Shown piece by piece: positions 26,483 through 36,289 of a stretch of 64,000 nt of DNA. This DNA comes from Schmidtea nova. Its lineage: Eukaryota. Position 1 is the first letter of the stretch, and each line of letters begins with the position of its first letter. The notes below the pieces were generated by a model that did no database searches, was not told the DNA's origin, and worked only from the letters and a program-made list of their open reading frames with translations. The translations under genes were made by a program, and so were the position numbers. The stretch spans positions 306,714,001-306,778,000 of the forward strand of contig CM097883.1 in the NCBI GenBank assembly GCA_044892505.1, given 5' to 3'.

Positions 26483-26872
26483 ATGACAGATCGAAATGAT
26501 ATGATTTTGCCTTTTCATCGCGCTAGAAAGGAGACTATCGAAGCGTGCCACTTCTGTCCGGAAAATAATCCATATGAACGCATACGAGCTTCAAAGCCAA
26601 TGACAACATATGCAGACAGTGCAGTCAATGCCATAATGATGCCTTACAATATGCCGCTAATGCAAAATGTTCTCAATTATCGTGCATTAAATCCTCCAAG
26701 AAATTTAGATTTATTTCATTTTCAGAATCTGTTGCAAAAGCCCGAACCGTGTGCAGTGTGTTTTGGTACAATGAGCGATACGTATATTAAAATGGCGGGT
26801 CGAGACTGTCTGTCTTGTGGTAGAACAATAATGGATAAAGAATGTTCTTCATTTATAAATTGTGAAAAGTAG
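26483..26872 (+). CDS. Intronless 129-aa orphan ORF with CxxC pairs (possible degenerate zinc finger)
   Basis: CHFC, CAVC and CLSC motifs; GC-richer than flanks; AATAAA ~80 nt downstream. No family recognised. Confidence 0.4.
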   Translation: MTDRNDMILPFHRARKETIEACHFCPENNPYERIRASKPMTTYADSAVNAIMMPYNMPLMQNVLNYRALNPPRNLDLFHFQNLLQKPEPCAVCFGTMSDTYIKMAGRDCLSCGRTIMDKECSSFINCEK

Positions 26873-28026
26873 TTTTTCGAATGAAAATACATGCTACATT
26901 CAAGTGTAAAAATCTGCAGACTTTTCAATTTTTCATTAAAAATAACAGTAAATAAAAATCAAATCATTAAAATAAATAACTCAAAAAGTAAAAAGATTGA
27001 TAAATATTTTATAAGCCCCTTGCACGCTTTTAAATAATATTAATATACATTGGGTGACTTTAGTTTACTTATTCCCTCAAAGGGTTAAAAATAATTATGT
27101 AATTATCTGCAAGATCAACATGAATTTAGGGTAATATCGAGTTTTACATGGCCATTTTATTGTGAGAACGAAAATAGTAATGTAATAATTGATAGCTTCT
27201 TATTATGGCTAATGAATTATATATATATATATATACCTGTTTTCGTAGTTTAAAAGTAACTATGATACAAGTAGATGAGTACAGCTACGTTTTACTCATA
27301 GTTACATTGTTAAATTTATTTAATTTATTTAATGTTTCATTTAGAGGTAAGTTTATTTATCAAGATATCTTTTAAGGCTTCTATTTTGATTTTACAATGA
27401 TGAGGTCACTAGAAGCTTTGAAAGTTTATCTATATTCTGCAATATTATTTTGATTTTATATTTGTTAGCTTTTTAGAAAATTATGAATTTTATGAAGAAT
27501 TTTGGAACTATTTTACAATAAACGTAAGTAAAAATATTTTTAAACAATAGTTTATTAATAAAGTAAATTAGTCCCCTAATATTTCCATTATATTTATTAT
27601 AAACTTATTTTTAAATATTTTCTAGGAAATCATGATTCTTTTAACTATTAAGCTTAATTTTTTTATTTCAAACATTGACAAAATATATTTTGTCCTGCAT
27701 TATCTCAGACTTCAAAATAGGCCTAAATTGCAGTGTAAATATTGATGAGTCATGGGCGAGTTTTAAACTGATCTGAATCACGCTAAGGAGCCTGCACCCA
27801 TAACCTTACATAAAAACAGCTAACACACGCATATGCCCCTAACTATTCCCCAACTAGTTAAGTTTGAACTGCATACGGTGGCGAAAAAATGATGAGTAGG
27901 TGAGCTCTGTCACCAAGACTACTGAGGGGTTCGCGCTGCCGATTGAAGTTCTTACGCTAATGCTTACTCCTTCGAGTCTCGTCGTTCCCCTTTTCTATCC
28001 TCATCCTTGTCTGACCTCAATATAAA

Positions 28027-28030
28027 TTAC
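28027..28030. other. Target-site duplication, left copy (TTAC)
   Basis: TTAC directly precedes the left LTR and directly follows the right LTR (57588-57591). Confidence 0.9.
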
Positions 28031-28520
28031 TGCTGGGTTCATGGACGGGTTGGTAAAAATTCAAATGACGGCTAGGGATCTCCCTTCCATGATCATGCAT
28101 AAATAGTCGTAAGTTACACTCGAGCGCCCTTGATTATTTCCCTTGATAACCAAGTTGGTGATGCGCAGGGTGATTAAACAATGAGGGGCAGGTGAGCACT
28201 ATTGCTAGGACTACTCCCCCTTTTTGTTTACGGGTTCACGCGGCCGTAGAAGGACTTACGCAATTATAGTTCTATTGTGTGTGTGAGGTTATGTATTTAC
28301 CATAAAAACAAAAAAAACAAACAAGCAAAACGAAAACTACGAATTTGATAATATTTAAGTCTTTATCGCTACTCCTTTCGTTGGGTGACGGGTAATTTAC
28401 AGTTAATGGTATGAATTATGTAATCGAAGGAAAAATACTTAGGGATTATCAACAACAAAAAAAAAACAAAGACGAGCTAAAATTTAATTAAGTCCACAAT
28501 CTGACATTGCATTCTATCTG

Positions 28521-29156
28521 TCATAGGAATTCCTTGAATATTCCTTCAGGTGGGAACATCTCTGCTAACCACTCGGCTTCCGACATTTCTGCCATCGTGG
28601 TTACTTGTGTCTGCAATTGCTGAGAAAACAGCTTCCTTTGGCGACGGCGCTTGGAGCCGATTCGTTTTCGCTTATTCGGTTTTCCGGCGGGAGTTGGTGC
28701 CGTGGTGGTTTCCACCCGACTCTGCGCTGTTGTTGCCTCGAGTCCATCGGTGTCTGTACTGATTGAGCAGGCCACTTTTTGTTCTCCTACCCAATTCTGG
28801 TAAGTAATGGGTCGGATTTGTGTTTTCAATTCGGACTCGATAAATGAAGTCGTCACCGAATGAAGACATCGGCGCAACTCAATTTTTGTTGCTTCCCATT
28901 CGGTGCGATAATCGTCAGCTGTCCTTTGAGCCCTTTCTGTCCGACTCATTTGCTCCTTCATACGGGCTGGTGCGAACCAGCTGGTCCGTAAATGCTGAAT
29001 CTGAGCTTCTGCCTTGGCTCGTAAGGCTTTCTCTTGGTTTAGCTCCTTCTCCAATGCTCGGCGGATTCTCCACGCCTTGTCCAATTCTCGCTGTTGGCTA
29101 GTTTCCGTCATACTAAATAACAAACCCAATTTATAATGCATCAAATATGTTACCAA
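28521..29156 (-). CDS. LTR-encoded ORF B (coiled coil + basic NLS-like KPNKRKRIGSKRRRQRK); likely start MTETSQ after an acceptor-like ttatttag
   Basis: Intact ORF in both LTRs (also 55126-55761, one T/I difference); GC-richer than its surroundings. Confidence 0.65.
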   Translation of the reverse strand: MVTYLMHYKLGLLFSMTETSQQRELDKAWRIRRALEKELNQEKALRAKAEAQIQHLRTSWFAPARMKEQMSRTERAQRTADDYRTEWEATKIELRRCLHSVTTSFIESELKTQIRPITYQNWVGEQKVACSISTDTDGLEATTAQSRVETTTAPTPAGKPNKRKRIGSKRRRQRKLFSQQLQTQVTTMAEMSEAEWLAEMFPPEGIFKEFL

Positions 29157-29295
29157 GAATTAATATTATCCGTCGAGTGTAAAAATCATATGATTAAATA
29201 AATAGAAATAAATTTAACTAAAACAAACAAAAACACGGATCAACACCATTTAATTTATTGAAATCGTTTAGTTTATAAAAATGTGAATATAATGT

Positions 29296-29796
29296 TTAGT
29301 GGAAAACACTTCGCTTGAGGCCGTGAACGGGAGTAATATGCAACCCGTGATTGACTGGATTTCTTCGGATGTGAGCCATCGAACAGTTTAGTTTGGGGCG
29401 TCCGTGGCACGTTTTCGGTAGGTGATTCGGAATCAACCCGAATTTAAGCAACTTGAGCGGTGAGACATATCCCCAATGGATCACTATCGTTGGATTTCCT
29501 TCGCTGTCTGACACCACTATGATGAACAGAGCTGTCGTCTCCCGGTCTCTTTCGTCCTGAATTTCCCATCCGGGGCCTCCTCGATATACGAGGGTATCCA
29601 ATCCACCGGTCCAAATTGAGAATGGACATTTCTTTCCTAGTTCCCGTCGCCATTTATACATCAACGCATTTAGCGTTCTTAGAAGTTCCGGTGGGAGCGA
29701 CTTCAATTTTTTCTGTTGCGTCCGGATTAGAGGATTTTCGACCCGTGCCACATGACGTTGAGTTGTTAGAAATTCATCCAGTATCGTTGCCTTCAT
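29296..29796 (-). CDS. LTR-encoded ORF A (166 aa, unknown)
   Basis: Intact and identical in both LTRs. The ATG directly follows tttttttccag, a strong 3' splice-site consensus. Confidence 0.6.
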   Translation of the reverse strand: MKATILDEFLTTQRHVARVENPLIRTQQKKLKSLPPELLRTLNALMYKWRRELGKKCPFSIWTGGLDTLVYRGGPGWEIQDERDRETTALFIIVVSDSEGNPTIVIHWGYVSPLKLLKFGLIPNHLPKTCHGRPKLNCSMAHIRRNPVNHGLHITPVHGLKRSVFH

Positions 29797-31303
29797 CTGG
29801 AAAAAAATAATAATGCTAATAAATTTTATTGTGACGAACCCGTAAATTTTGGTGAGACCTGATAAAAAATGCTCGGCTCGTTGATCAATGACAAAGAAAA
29901 TGTGAAAAAGAGGAATAAAAAAATATTTTCCAAACTATTCAATTAACACCGTCGCTATGTACAGCGATCGGAATATTAAAAATTTACCTATTATTACCTG
30001 CGCTATGTACAGCGATCAGGTTACGATTTTATTTATTTAATCAGTAGTGTCGATCCGAATATATCGTTATTTATGTCTAAATTAAACTGTAGTTGGAACG
30101 TCGAAATCGTCTCGGTGTGTCCGGACGTGATTTCGTTCAGCTATGTTGATTCACAAAAATTTGCGTGTATATGAAAAAATCGATCTAGTCGACCTGATAA
30201 TTGATGTTATAGTTTGTTTTCGCCCGTCTGATCGAATGTTAATGTTAACCACTGTCTACAAATCTTACTCGTGTCCTTGTCCCTGCACAACTTTACCGTA
30301 CCGTGAAACTTCCGATAAAATTAAATTAAATAAAGAATACCAATAAAAACTCTGCTCACCATCTTGTGGAACGGTGAAATCCCACATTTACGGCTTGCTC
30401 CCTCGCAGCGTAAGCTACTGAGGAAGTATATTTATTAGATCATAAAATAATGGCATAAGAAAAATAGAGTAATAGTAATAAATTATATTAAATGAAAATA
30501 AAACAAATGGGAATCATGAAACATATCATAAAAATTAATGCAAAATACAATACAACAAAAATTTACTGTTTAAATCCACGATGCAGTGTTCTCCAAAAAT
30601 TTATACAGTATTTATCGTATCAAAGTTGACTATGATAGGTCAGTTCGGTAACTAAGTTGTTAGGTGTGTGTTTTTTTTTATGATTTTTGGATCGGTATTT
30701 ATACTGATCCAGTTGGTCAGATTGACCAATCAGGATCAGGCCGTCCATCAAAGTAATTTTGTTATTTTATTTTAATATAAACCATTTTAAATTTCCGGTT
30801 CAGATTTCTCGCTGGGTGGTCTCGATTTTTTCAAGTAATTAACCAATTAATTGTACTTTTATTTGATTTTATTTGTAATTTTCTTATTTCAGACCCCCAT
30901 ACTGCTCGTTCCCGTGTCAATTTGATTTTCTTCCTTTGCTGGAAATTTAGTAATTATTACTTATTATTTTATTTTGATTTTTAATTTAGGTTTTTTGAAT
31001 GTTTTTTGTGGTTATTATTTGTATTTATTGTTTAAATTAGTACAATATTTTTGTCTTTTTAGACCAATTGGTGGGCCCAACATCACTCGGGGACCCCTAA
31101 AATTGCGTCCCGCAATTAATTATACATATCTACTTATAACATCATACCTAAAAAGTTTTACAGATATACACATAAACACAAAGAAAATCACTTAAGGTGA
31201 TAGAATTTATATACATCATAAGATTTGTCATAGGATAGTTGAATATTATCAGATTATTGTCACAGGATAGTCAAAGGTTCATCAGAAATGTTCACAAAGT
31301 CTA

Positions 31304-31861
31304 TTAGATTCTCTGGCTCGCATTGGGTTGGGTTTGAGTTCTCTCATTGGTTGTAGCTAATTCGTAGTGGGTCTGAATTCGATCTAGATGGTTTCTCATA
31401 CGTCTTTGGGTTCGGTTGTCTCGCCTTGATGTTTGGTTGACGATGGTTTGTTTCTGTTTGAGGATTTTTATCCGGTAGGAGGCAATCAGGATTGTGATTG
31501 CGATGATAGTTACGCTGATTGAGAGGATTATGATGATTGCTATGATCCATTTCTCTTGATATTCTATTTCAGCTTGGGCTAGGCTTTTTATGGGCTCTCT
31601 ACCTTCTTTCAGGGTTTTTCGGGTTTCTTCTAGTTTCAGTTGTTGGTTATCGAAGATTTGTTGGATTTGATGATCTTGATTGTGGGGGTATTTCTGTCGG
31701 AATTCGTTGATTTCTCTAATTACTTCTTCGATTAGTCTGTCTACTTTCTGGTAGATTTTGTCGGGTAGCACTCGTAATTGGGTTTCAGTTAGTTGTAAAT
31801 CTTCTCTCTGTAGGGTAATGGTTATTAATCCTAGGAGTATTGGTATTGCGAGCTTTCTCAT
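31304..31861 (-). CDS. Accessory type-I membrane protein (185 aa)
   Basis: Hydrophobic N-terminus MRKLAIPILLGLITITLQ, helical ectodomain, TM WIIAIIIILSISVTIIAITILIASY and a basic tail. Confidence 0.75.
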   Translation of the reverse strand: MRKLAIPILLGLITITLQREDLQLTETQLRVLPDKIYQKVDRLIEEVIREINEFRQKYPHNQDHQIQQIFDNQQLKLEETRKTLKEGREPIKSLAQAEIEYQEKWIIAIIIILSISVTIIAITILIASYRIKILKQKQTIVNQTSRRDNRTQRRMRNHLDRIQTHYELATTNERTQTQPNASQRI

Positions 31862-31940
31862 TTTCTATCTTTACATAGGAGTCAATACAGCTTGACGCTT
31901 TTTATTTTACATCATCTATTTACAATTGGTTTCCGCTCAT

Positions 31941-32459
31941 TTACACGAGGGTTTCGTTAGGTTCGTGAAAACCTTCGTCTTGAGGTTCCACCTGATTTAT
32001 GGGGAGTGGCATCCATATTACCGTACTCCTCCACATTTCCACTTCCTCTCGGTACGTGTGGGATATCTGGATCTCTTCATCTAATAAGTATTCCAGATAG
32101 TTCGCCTGCTCTGTTAGGGTTTCTATTTGTTTTTCTAGTTCTGCTAATTTTTTCTCTCTCTCTTCTTTCTCTATCATTTCGGTCACTGCTGCTGTGATAC
32201 TTGTTTCCTTTGTGGGTACTGGTTTTTTTGTTAGCTTCTTTCTCAGTTCTTCGTTTTCTTTTGTCAAATTTGTTATGTTCTCTTCATAACTCTGCCTCGT
32301 TTCTTCCAGTCTTTCTTTAGTTCTTTTTAATTCTATTTTCTTCTGGGTAATCACTCCTTGATATCCATTTATGTCTCTTTTCATGTTTTCTTCCTTGTGA
32401 TTCCACATTCCGGTCAGCATACCTTTTAATTGTTCTTGATTGGCTAAATCTTCTCCCAT
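31941..32459 (-). CDS. Accessory coiled-coil protein (172 aa)
   Basis: E/K-rich heptad pattern; same strand and A-rich codon usage as the element. Confidence 0.7.
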   Translation of the reverse strand: MGEDLANQEQLKGMLTGMWNHKEENMKRDINGYQGVITQKKIELKRTKERLEETRQSYEENITNLTKENEELRKKLTKKPVPTKETSITAAVTEMIEKEEREKKLAELEKQIETLTEQANYLEYLLDEEIQISHTYREEVEMWRSTVIWMPLPINQVEPQDEGFHEPNETLV

Positions 32460-32462
32460 TCT

Positions 32463-33002
32463 TTACACTTGGTGAGTTAATTTTTTAATTTTCTTGGCTT
32501 GTTCCCTGATGAATTGTTGTCTTTTCTTACTCCATACTTTATTTGACGCTTCTTGACTGATCTTTTTCCCTAATTCTTCTTTTAATTCATCGATCTCTTT
32601 AAACAGTTTCCAATCATCGCTGTACGCTGTTCGTTCTATTATCTCCCTTGCTTCCTTGTAAGAGTCTTTTGCCTCTTTTTTCCAATATCTTGCTTGTTCT
32701 GTGATTGACTGAATCTTATGGTCTGTTTTTATCTGTTGTCTATCCCTATCCTCTCGTCGCTCTTTCATCATCCCTTTGTAGTATTCGTTTTGTTGTCTTA
32801 GCAGTTTGTAGACTTCTTCTATTTTTTCTCGACTTCTTTGATTCGATTTCTCGGCTTCTCTTAGTGCTTGGGTTTGTCTTTCTAATTCCTCCTGTTTTCG
32901 ATAATAGGCGTGAATCCATATCCCAATCCGCTCCATGTGATTTCTGATCATTTCGTCTTGATGTACGGTTACTTCTTGTAAGGTTACCTCTATATTTCCC
33001 AT
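32463..33002 (-). CDS. Accessory coiled-coil protein (179 aa)
   Basis: E/K/R-rich helical ORF ending 3 nt before the next ORF begins. Confidence 0.7.
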   Translation of the reverse strand: MGNIEVTLQEVTVHQDEMIRNHMERIGIWIHAYYRKQEELERQTQALREAEKSNQRSREKIEEVYKLLRQQNEYYKGMMKERREDRDRQQIKTDHKIQSITEQARYWKKEAKDSYKEAREIIERTAYSDDWKLFKEIDELKEELGKKISQEASNKVWSKKRQQFIREQAKKIKKLTHQV

Positions 33003-33113
33003 TTCTATAATTACAGATAAAAGAATATTTAATCAGTTTTTATTTTTATTGTTTTTGATTATTTGTTATTTCATATTGTTTTATACAGTTTATTTACATG
33101 GTTACTTCCTTCA

Positions 33114-34490
33114 TTACGCCAACCATCCTTTTCTATCTGTTTTCTCATGCCTCTCCATCTCTATGTATAGCGTGTCTGCATATAGTCGCTCCCATAGGTT
33201 TTCTTTCCTTATAAACATTGGTTCTCCTGCTGCTAGTCCGCATTCCGTTGTTGGTTTTTCACTTGTACTCGTATGTTTGTCTGTTTCAAAGAACTTTTCT
33301 ACTGGTTTTCCTATACTTTTGATTCTTATAATGACTCCTACTTTCAAGGGCCATTCTATTAGGTCATCGTATTCTCCTTTACATAACGAGAAGAATATTG
33401 ATACGTGTGTTCCTTGTCCTCTTCCGTCTCCATTTGGGTAGACCTTCAATCTTATTTTAACCCCATTTTTCCATAAATAAAATGGTGGGCTTATTACTGC
33501 TGTTTTCGTCATATTTCTGGCTTCTGCTAGTTTGTCTCTGAAATCTGTTACTTTCCATAGGTAAGGTGCGATTGGTAAGTCCCTTCTTTCGTCAATTTCT
33601 CGTATTAGTTGATTATATTGTATTTTCATTCCTTTTCCTAATTCTTCTATGGCTATTATTTTCTTTTCCATTCTTTCGCGAGTTAGTTCAAACTGCTCTC
33701 TTGTTTCTAGTAGTAAACTCATCATTATCTTATGTGATTCTACTTCTTTTTCTAATTTCTGGATTGTCTGTTCTGTTTCTTTTGTCGTTTCGTTTGTCAT
33801 TTCCACATGCGTTAGTGCTGCTTCTTCCAAGTGTTGTTTCATTGTTTTTCGCGTCCGCTTTTCCTTGCATCCATGCTTGTTATATGGACATTCTCTTGGC
33901 CTTTCGGTACATATTTTCCAATGTTCATGTAACTTTATTTCTTCTGTTATTTCGCAATTGTTTGGACATTTGCTTATATATTGTCTGCATACTTTCTCCT
34001 CTGTTATATTTAAGTGTTCTTCTTCGATTTTTCTCCTTGTTTCTCGAGTTTCACAATACTCGCATGCGATTTCTTCTTCTTTACATTCTTCCTTGTGTTG
34101 TTCTCTCTTCTTTAGAGTTATTGTCTGTTGGCATTTCTCGCATTCGGCTCTCTTTTCCTCGCATTTTTCCATATGGTTTTCCAGATTACTTATTTGTCCT
34201 TGCCATGTACAAGGTGTATTTACGCACTCCGTTGTGGTGCTCATAATTTCTCTTTGGGTTGCTTTGTCCATTCTAGTTTCATCCAACACTATTCTTCCTT
34301 CCTTACATTCTGGGCATGTTGTTATTCCTGTTGCATCTAATTCTTGTATACATTTTGTACATATTCTACATCCACATATCGTTTGTCTGGGTTCTCGCAA
34401 TAAATTATTACATTTTCCGCATGTGAGCCTCTTGCTCCATTTTCTGTTTTCTAATCTCAAGATTTCGATTACCCGTTCATCTCGGTCCAT
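33114..34490 (-). CDS. TRAF-family protein (RING, TRAF zinc fingers, coiled coil, MATH/TRAF-C), intronless, element-encoded
   Basis: RING CGKC...CGCRICTKC...CPEC (Cys in place of the usual His); zinc fingers CxN..C...H...C; MATH motifs YLWKVTDF, SPPFY and VYPNGDGRGQGTHVSIFFSLCKGEYDDLIEWP. Confidence 0.93.
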   Translation of the reverse strand: MDRDERVIEILRLENRKWSKRLTCGKCNNLLREPRQTICGCRICTKCIQELDATGITTCPECKEGRIVLDETRMDKATQREIMSTTTECVNTPCTWQGQISNLENHMEKCEEKRAECEKCQQTITLKKREQHKEECKEEEIACEYCETRETRRKIEEEHLNITEEKVCRQYISKCPNNCEITEEIKLHEHWKICTERPRECPYNKHGCKEKRTRKTMKQHLEEAALTHVEMTNETTKETEQTIQKLEKEVESHKIMMSLLLETREQFELTRERMEKKIIAIEELGKGMKIQYNQLIREIDERRDLPIAPYLWKVTDFRDKLAEARNMTKTAVISPPFYLWKNGVKIRLKVYPNGDGRGQGTHVSIFFSLCKGEYDDLIEWPLKVGVIIRIKSIGKPVEKFFETDKHTSTSEKPTTECGLAAGEPMFIRKENLWERLYADTLYIEMERHEKTDRKGWLA

Positions 34491-34581
34491 TTTCTACAAT
34501 AATATATACATTCGACCTGTCATTTATTTTTGGTTTTCTTGTTTTTATTTTTACATATTTACAGTTTTTCGCTTTATTTAT

Positions 34582-34938
34582 CTATGGCTCATTCGTTGAA
34601 TCTGGTTCCGCTTCGTTGTTTAATCTATTTATTACCCAACTCATCCATCCTTCTTCGGATCCTTCTCTTTCTCCTCGTGTTAAATGGTTTATTTCTATTG
34701 CTTGTCTTTGATTGGTGTTGCTTATCGTTTGATTTTCCCTGGTGAGTTCAGTTATCGCTCTTTGTTGTTCCTCTATTCTGTGTAATTGTTCGAAACAATT
34801 GTTATAACTTTCTGATAGTAACATTTGTTTTTCCGCTAGTTGGTTTTGTAATGAGTTGACTGTTCTTACTAGTAAATCACATTGTGCTTTCCATCTCATA
34901 GCCATAGTTATTTCAGTGGTTTCGTCTTGTTCGGTCAT
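34582..34938 (-). CDS. Accessory coiled-coil protein (118 aa)
   Basis: Heptad pattern; ATG in a TAG-AAA-ATG context. Confidence 0.65.
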   Translation of the reverse strand: MTEQDETTEITMAMRWKAQCDLLVRTVNSLQNQLAEKQMLLSESYNNCFEQLHRIEEQQRAITELTRENQTISNTNQRQAIEINHLTRGEREGSEEGWMSWVINRLNNEAEPDSTNEP

Positions 34939-35063
34939 TTTCTAAATTATATACATCATTTACTTTGCTTTTCTATCTTTTTACAATGTTTATAATATCG
35001 ATACCCATACTATTACGGTAATGCTTTGTTATTTACACTATTATTTACAGTCATAATCCGCCC

Positions 35064-35882
35064 CTATACCATCATTATCGTCTTTTCCTCGTATCGTTCT
35101 TCATCTTCTATTTGTTTCCAGAATTCTTTACCTTTCGTTTTTCTTTGGAATTTTTGCTGTATCTCTTCTGGTATTTCTATTCTTTGCTTCATAATTTTAA
35201 TATCTGGCCATTGTATGTCTGTCGCTTTGTTTCTCCTTCTGTATCTCCAATATATTATCATGCTTGTCGTCATTATCCCATATGTTATTAATATTCCTAT
35301 ACTGATTAGTCCTATTACTGTTTTTCCCCGGTTTGTTGCTTTGATTTTCTTCTGATTCGCTTTTATCTCATTTTGGGTTTGAGCCTCTGGCTTCTTCTCT
35401 TTCTGTATTTGACTCTTGACTTTGTTCATTACTTCTTGGGTAGACCAATGGCGGTTTAGTAGTTGTTTGACGTTATTTTCTTTTGTTCGGTTTTTCATGT
35501 TTCCTGGTTCGATCTGTTGTTGTAGTTTCTCTGAGATCTGATATAATCCGCATTCTGGTTTTTCCGAACCTTTTCGGGTGAAGGTACATATCGCGTATGT
35601 CCTATTTACTTCCATTTTCTTTAATTCGACTTTTTCTTTATTCCCTGTTTCTTTACAGTGGGTTAGGTTACCTTCTTCTCCTTCTGGGTTATGTTTTGTC
35701 CAACATATTCCTTTCACTGTCTGATCAAGTCCTGTTAATGTCAGAGTTCTTTCTGTTTTGGTTAATTCTTTTTCATCGAATTTCAGAATTTCTCCTTTTT
35801 GGAATGTCTTGCACTTTTCTATTCCGGGTTGATCTTCTTGGATTCCTTTCTCCCATATACATATATTTCCTTCTCCGTCCAT
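35064..35882 (-). CDS. True C-terminus of the polyprotein (FN3-like domains, TM, cytoplasmic tail), put out of frame by the duplication/frameshift
   Basis: Repeats the last in-frame 90 aa of ORF 35773-41838, then continues VNRTYAICTF...CGLY and TM TVIGLISIGILITYGIMTTSMIIYW (35247-35321). Confidence 0.85.
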   Translation of the reverse strand: MDGEGNICIWEKGIQEDQPGIEKCKTFQKGEILKFDEKELTKTERTLTLTGLDQTVKGICWTKHNPEGEEGNLTHCKETGNKEKVELKKMEVNRTYAICTFTRKGSEKPECGLYQISEKLQQQIEPGNMKNRTKENNVKQLLNRHWSTQEVMNKVKSQIQKEKKPEAQTQNEIKANQKKIKATNRGKTVIGLISIGILITYGIMTTSMIIYWRYRRRNKATDIQWPDIKIMKQRIEIPEEIQQKFQRKTKGKEFWKQIEDEERYEEKTIMMV

Positions 35883-36289
35883 TTGTATTTCTTGTATTTC
35901 GGTTTCCTTGTTTGTTTGTGGTTCGTCGCTTGTCTGAACTTGGTATGTCCTCTTCCATTTTCTTTAATTCGACTTTTTCTTTATTCCCTGTTTCTTTACA
36001 GTGGGTTAGGTTACCTTCTTCTCCTTCTGGGTTATGTTTTGTCCAACATATTCCTTTCACTGTCTGATCAAGTCCTGTTAATGTCAGAGTTCTTTCTGTT
36101 TTGGTTAATTCTTTTTCATCGAATTTCAGAATTTCTCCTTTTTGGAATGTCTTGCACTTTTCTATTCCGGGTTGATCTTCTTGGATTACTTTCTCCCATA
36201 TACATATATTTCCTTCTCCGTCCATTTGTATTTCTTGTATTTCGGTTTCCTTGTTTGTTTGTGGTTCGTCGCTTGTCTGAACTTGGTAT
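35596..36289. repeat. 348-bp tandem duplication with a 5-bp deletion (attta) near the junction, causing a frameshift
   Basis: tatgtcct-attta-cttccattttc at 35596 versus tatgtcct-cttccattttc at 35944; the copies are otherwise nearly identical. Confidence 0.9.

Larger units (their letters stand above)
28031..31082 (-). repeat. 3' LTR (3052 bp)
   Basis: Direct repeat of 54632-57587. Termini TGCTGGG...CCCAACA form a 6/7 inverted repeat. Confidence 0.97.

Noticed and set aside
28026-28030. 5-bp TSD ATTAC
   Set aside because: It would use the terminal A of the LTR's CA. Both LTR copies end in CCCAACA, so the 4-bp TTAC is preferred.
35773-35953. Last ~58 aa of the 2021-aa ORF as the real C-terminus
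   Set aside because: Out-of-frame read-through after the 5-bp deletion. The real C-terminus is in ORF 35064-35882.
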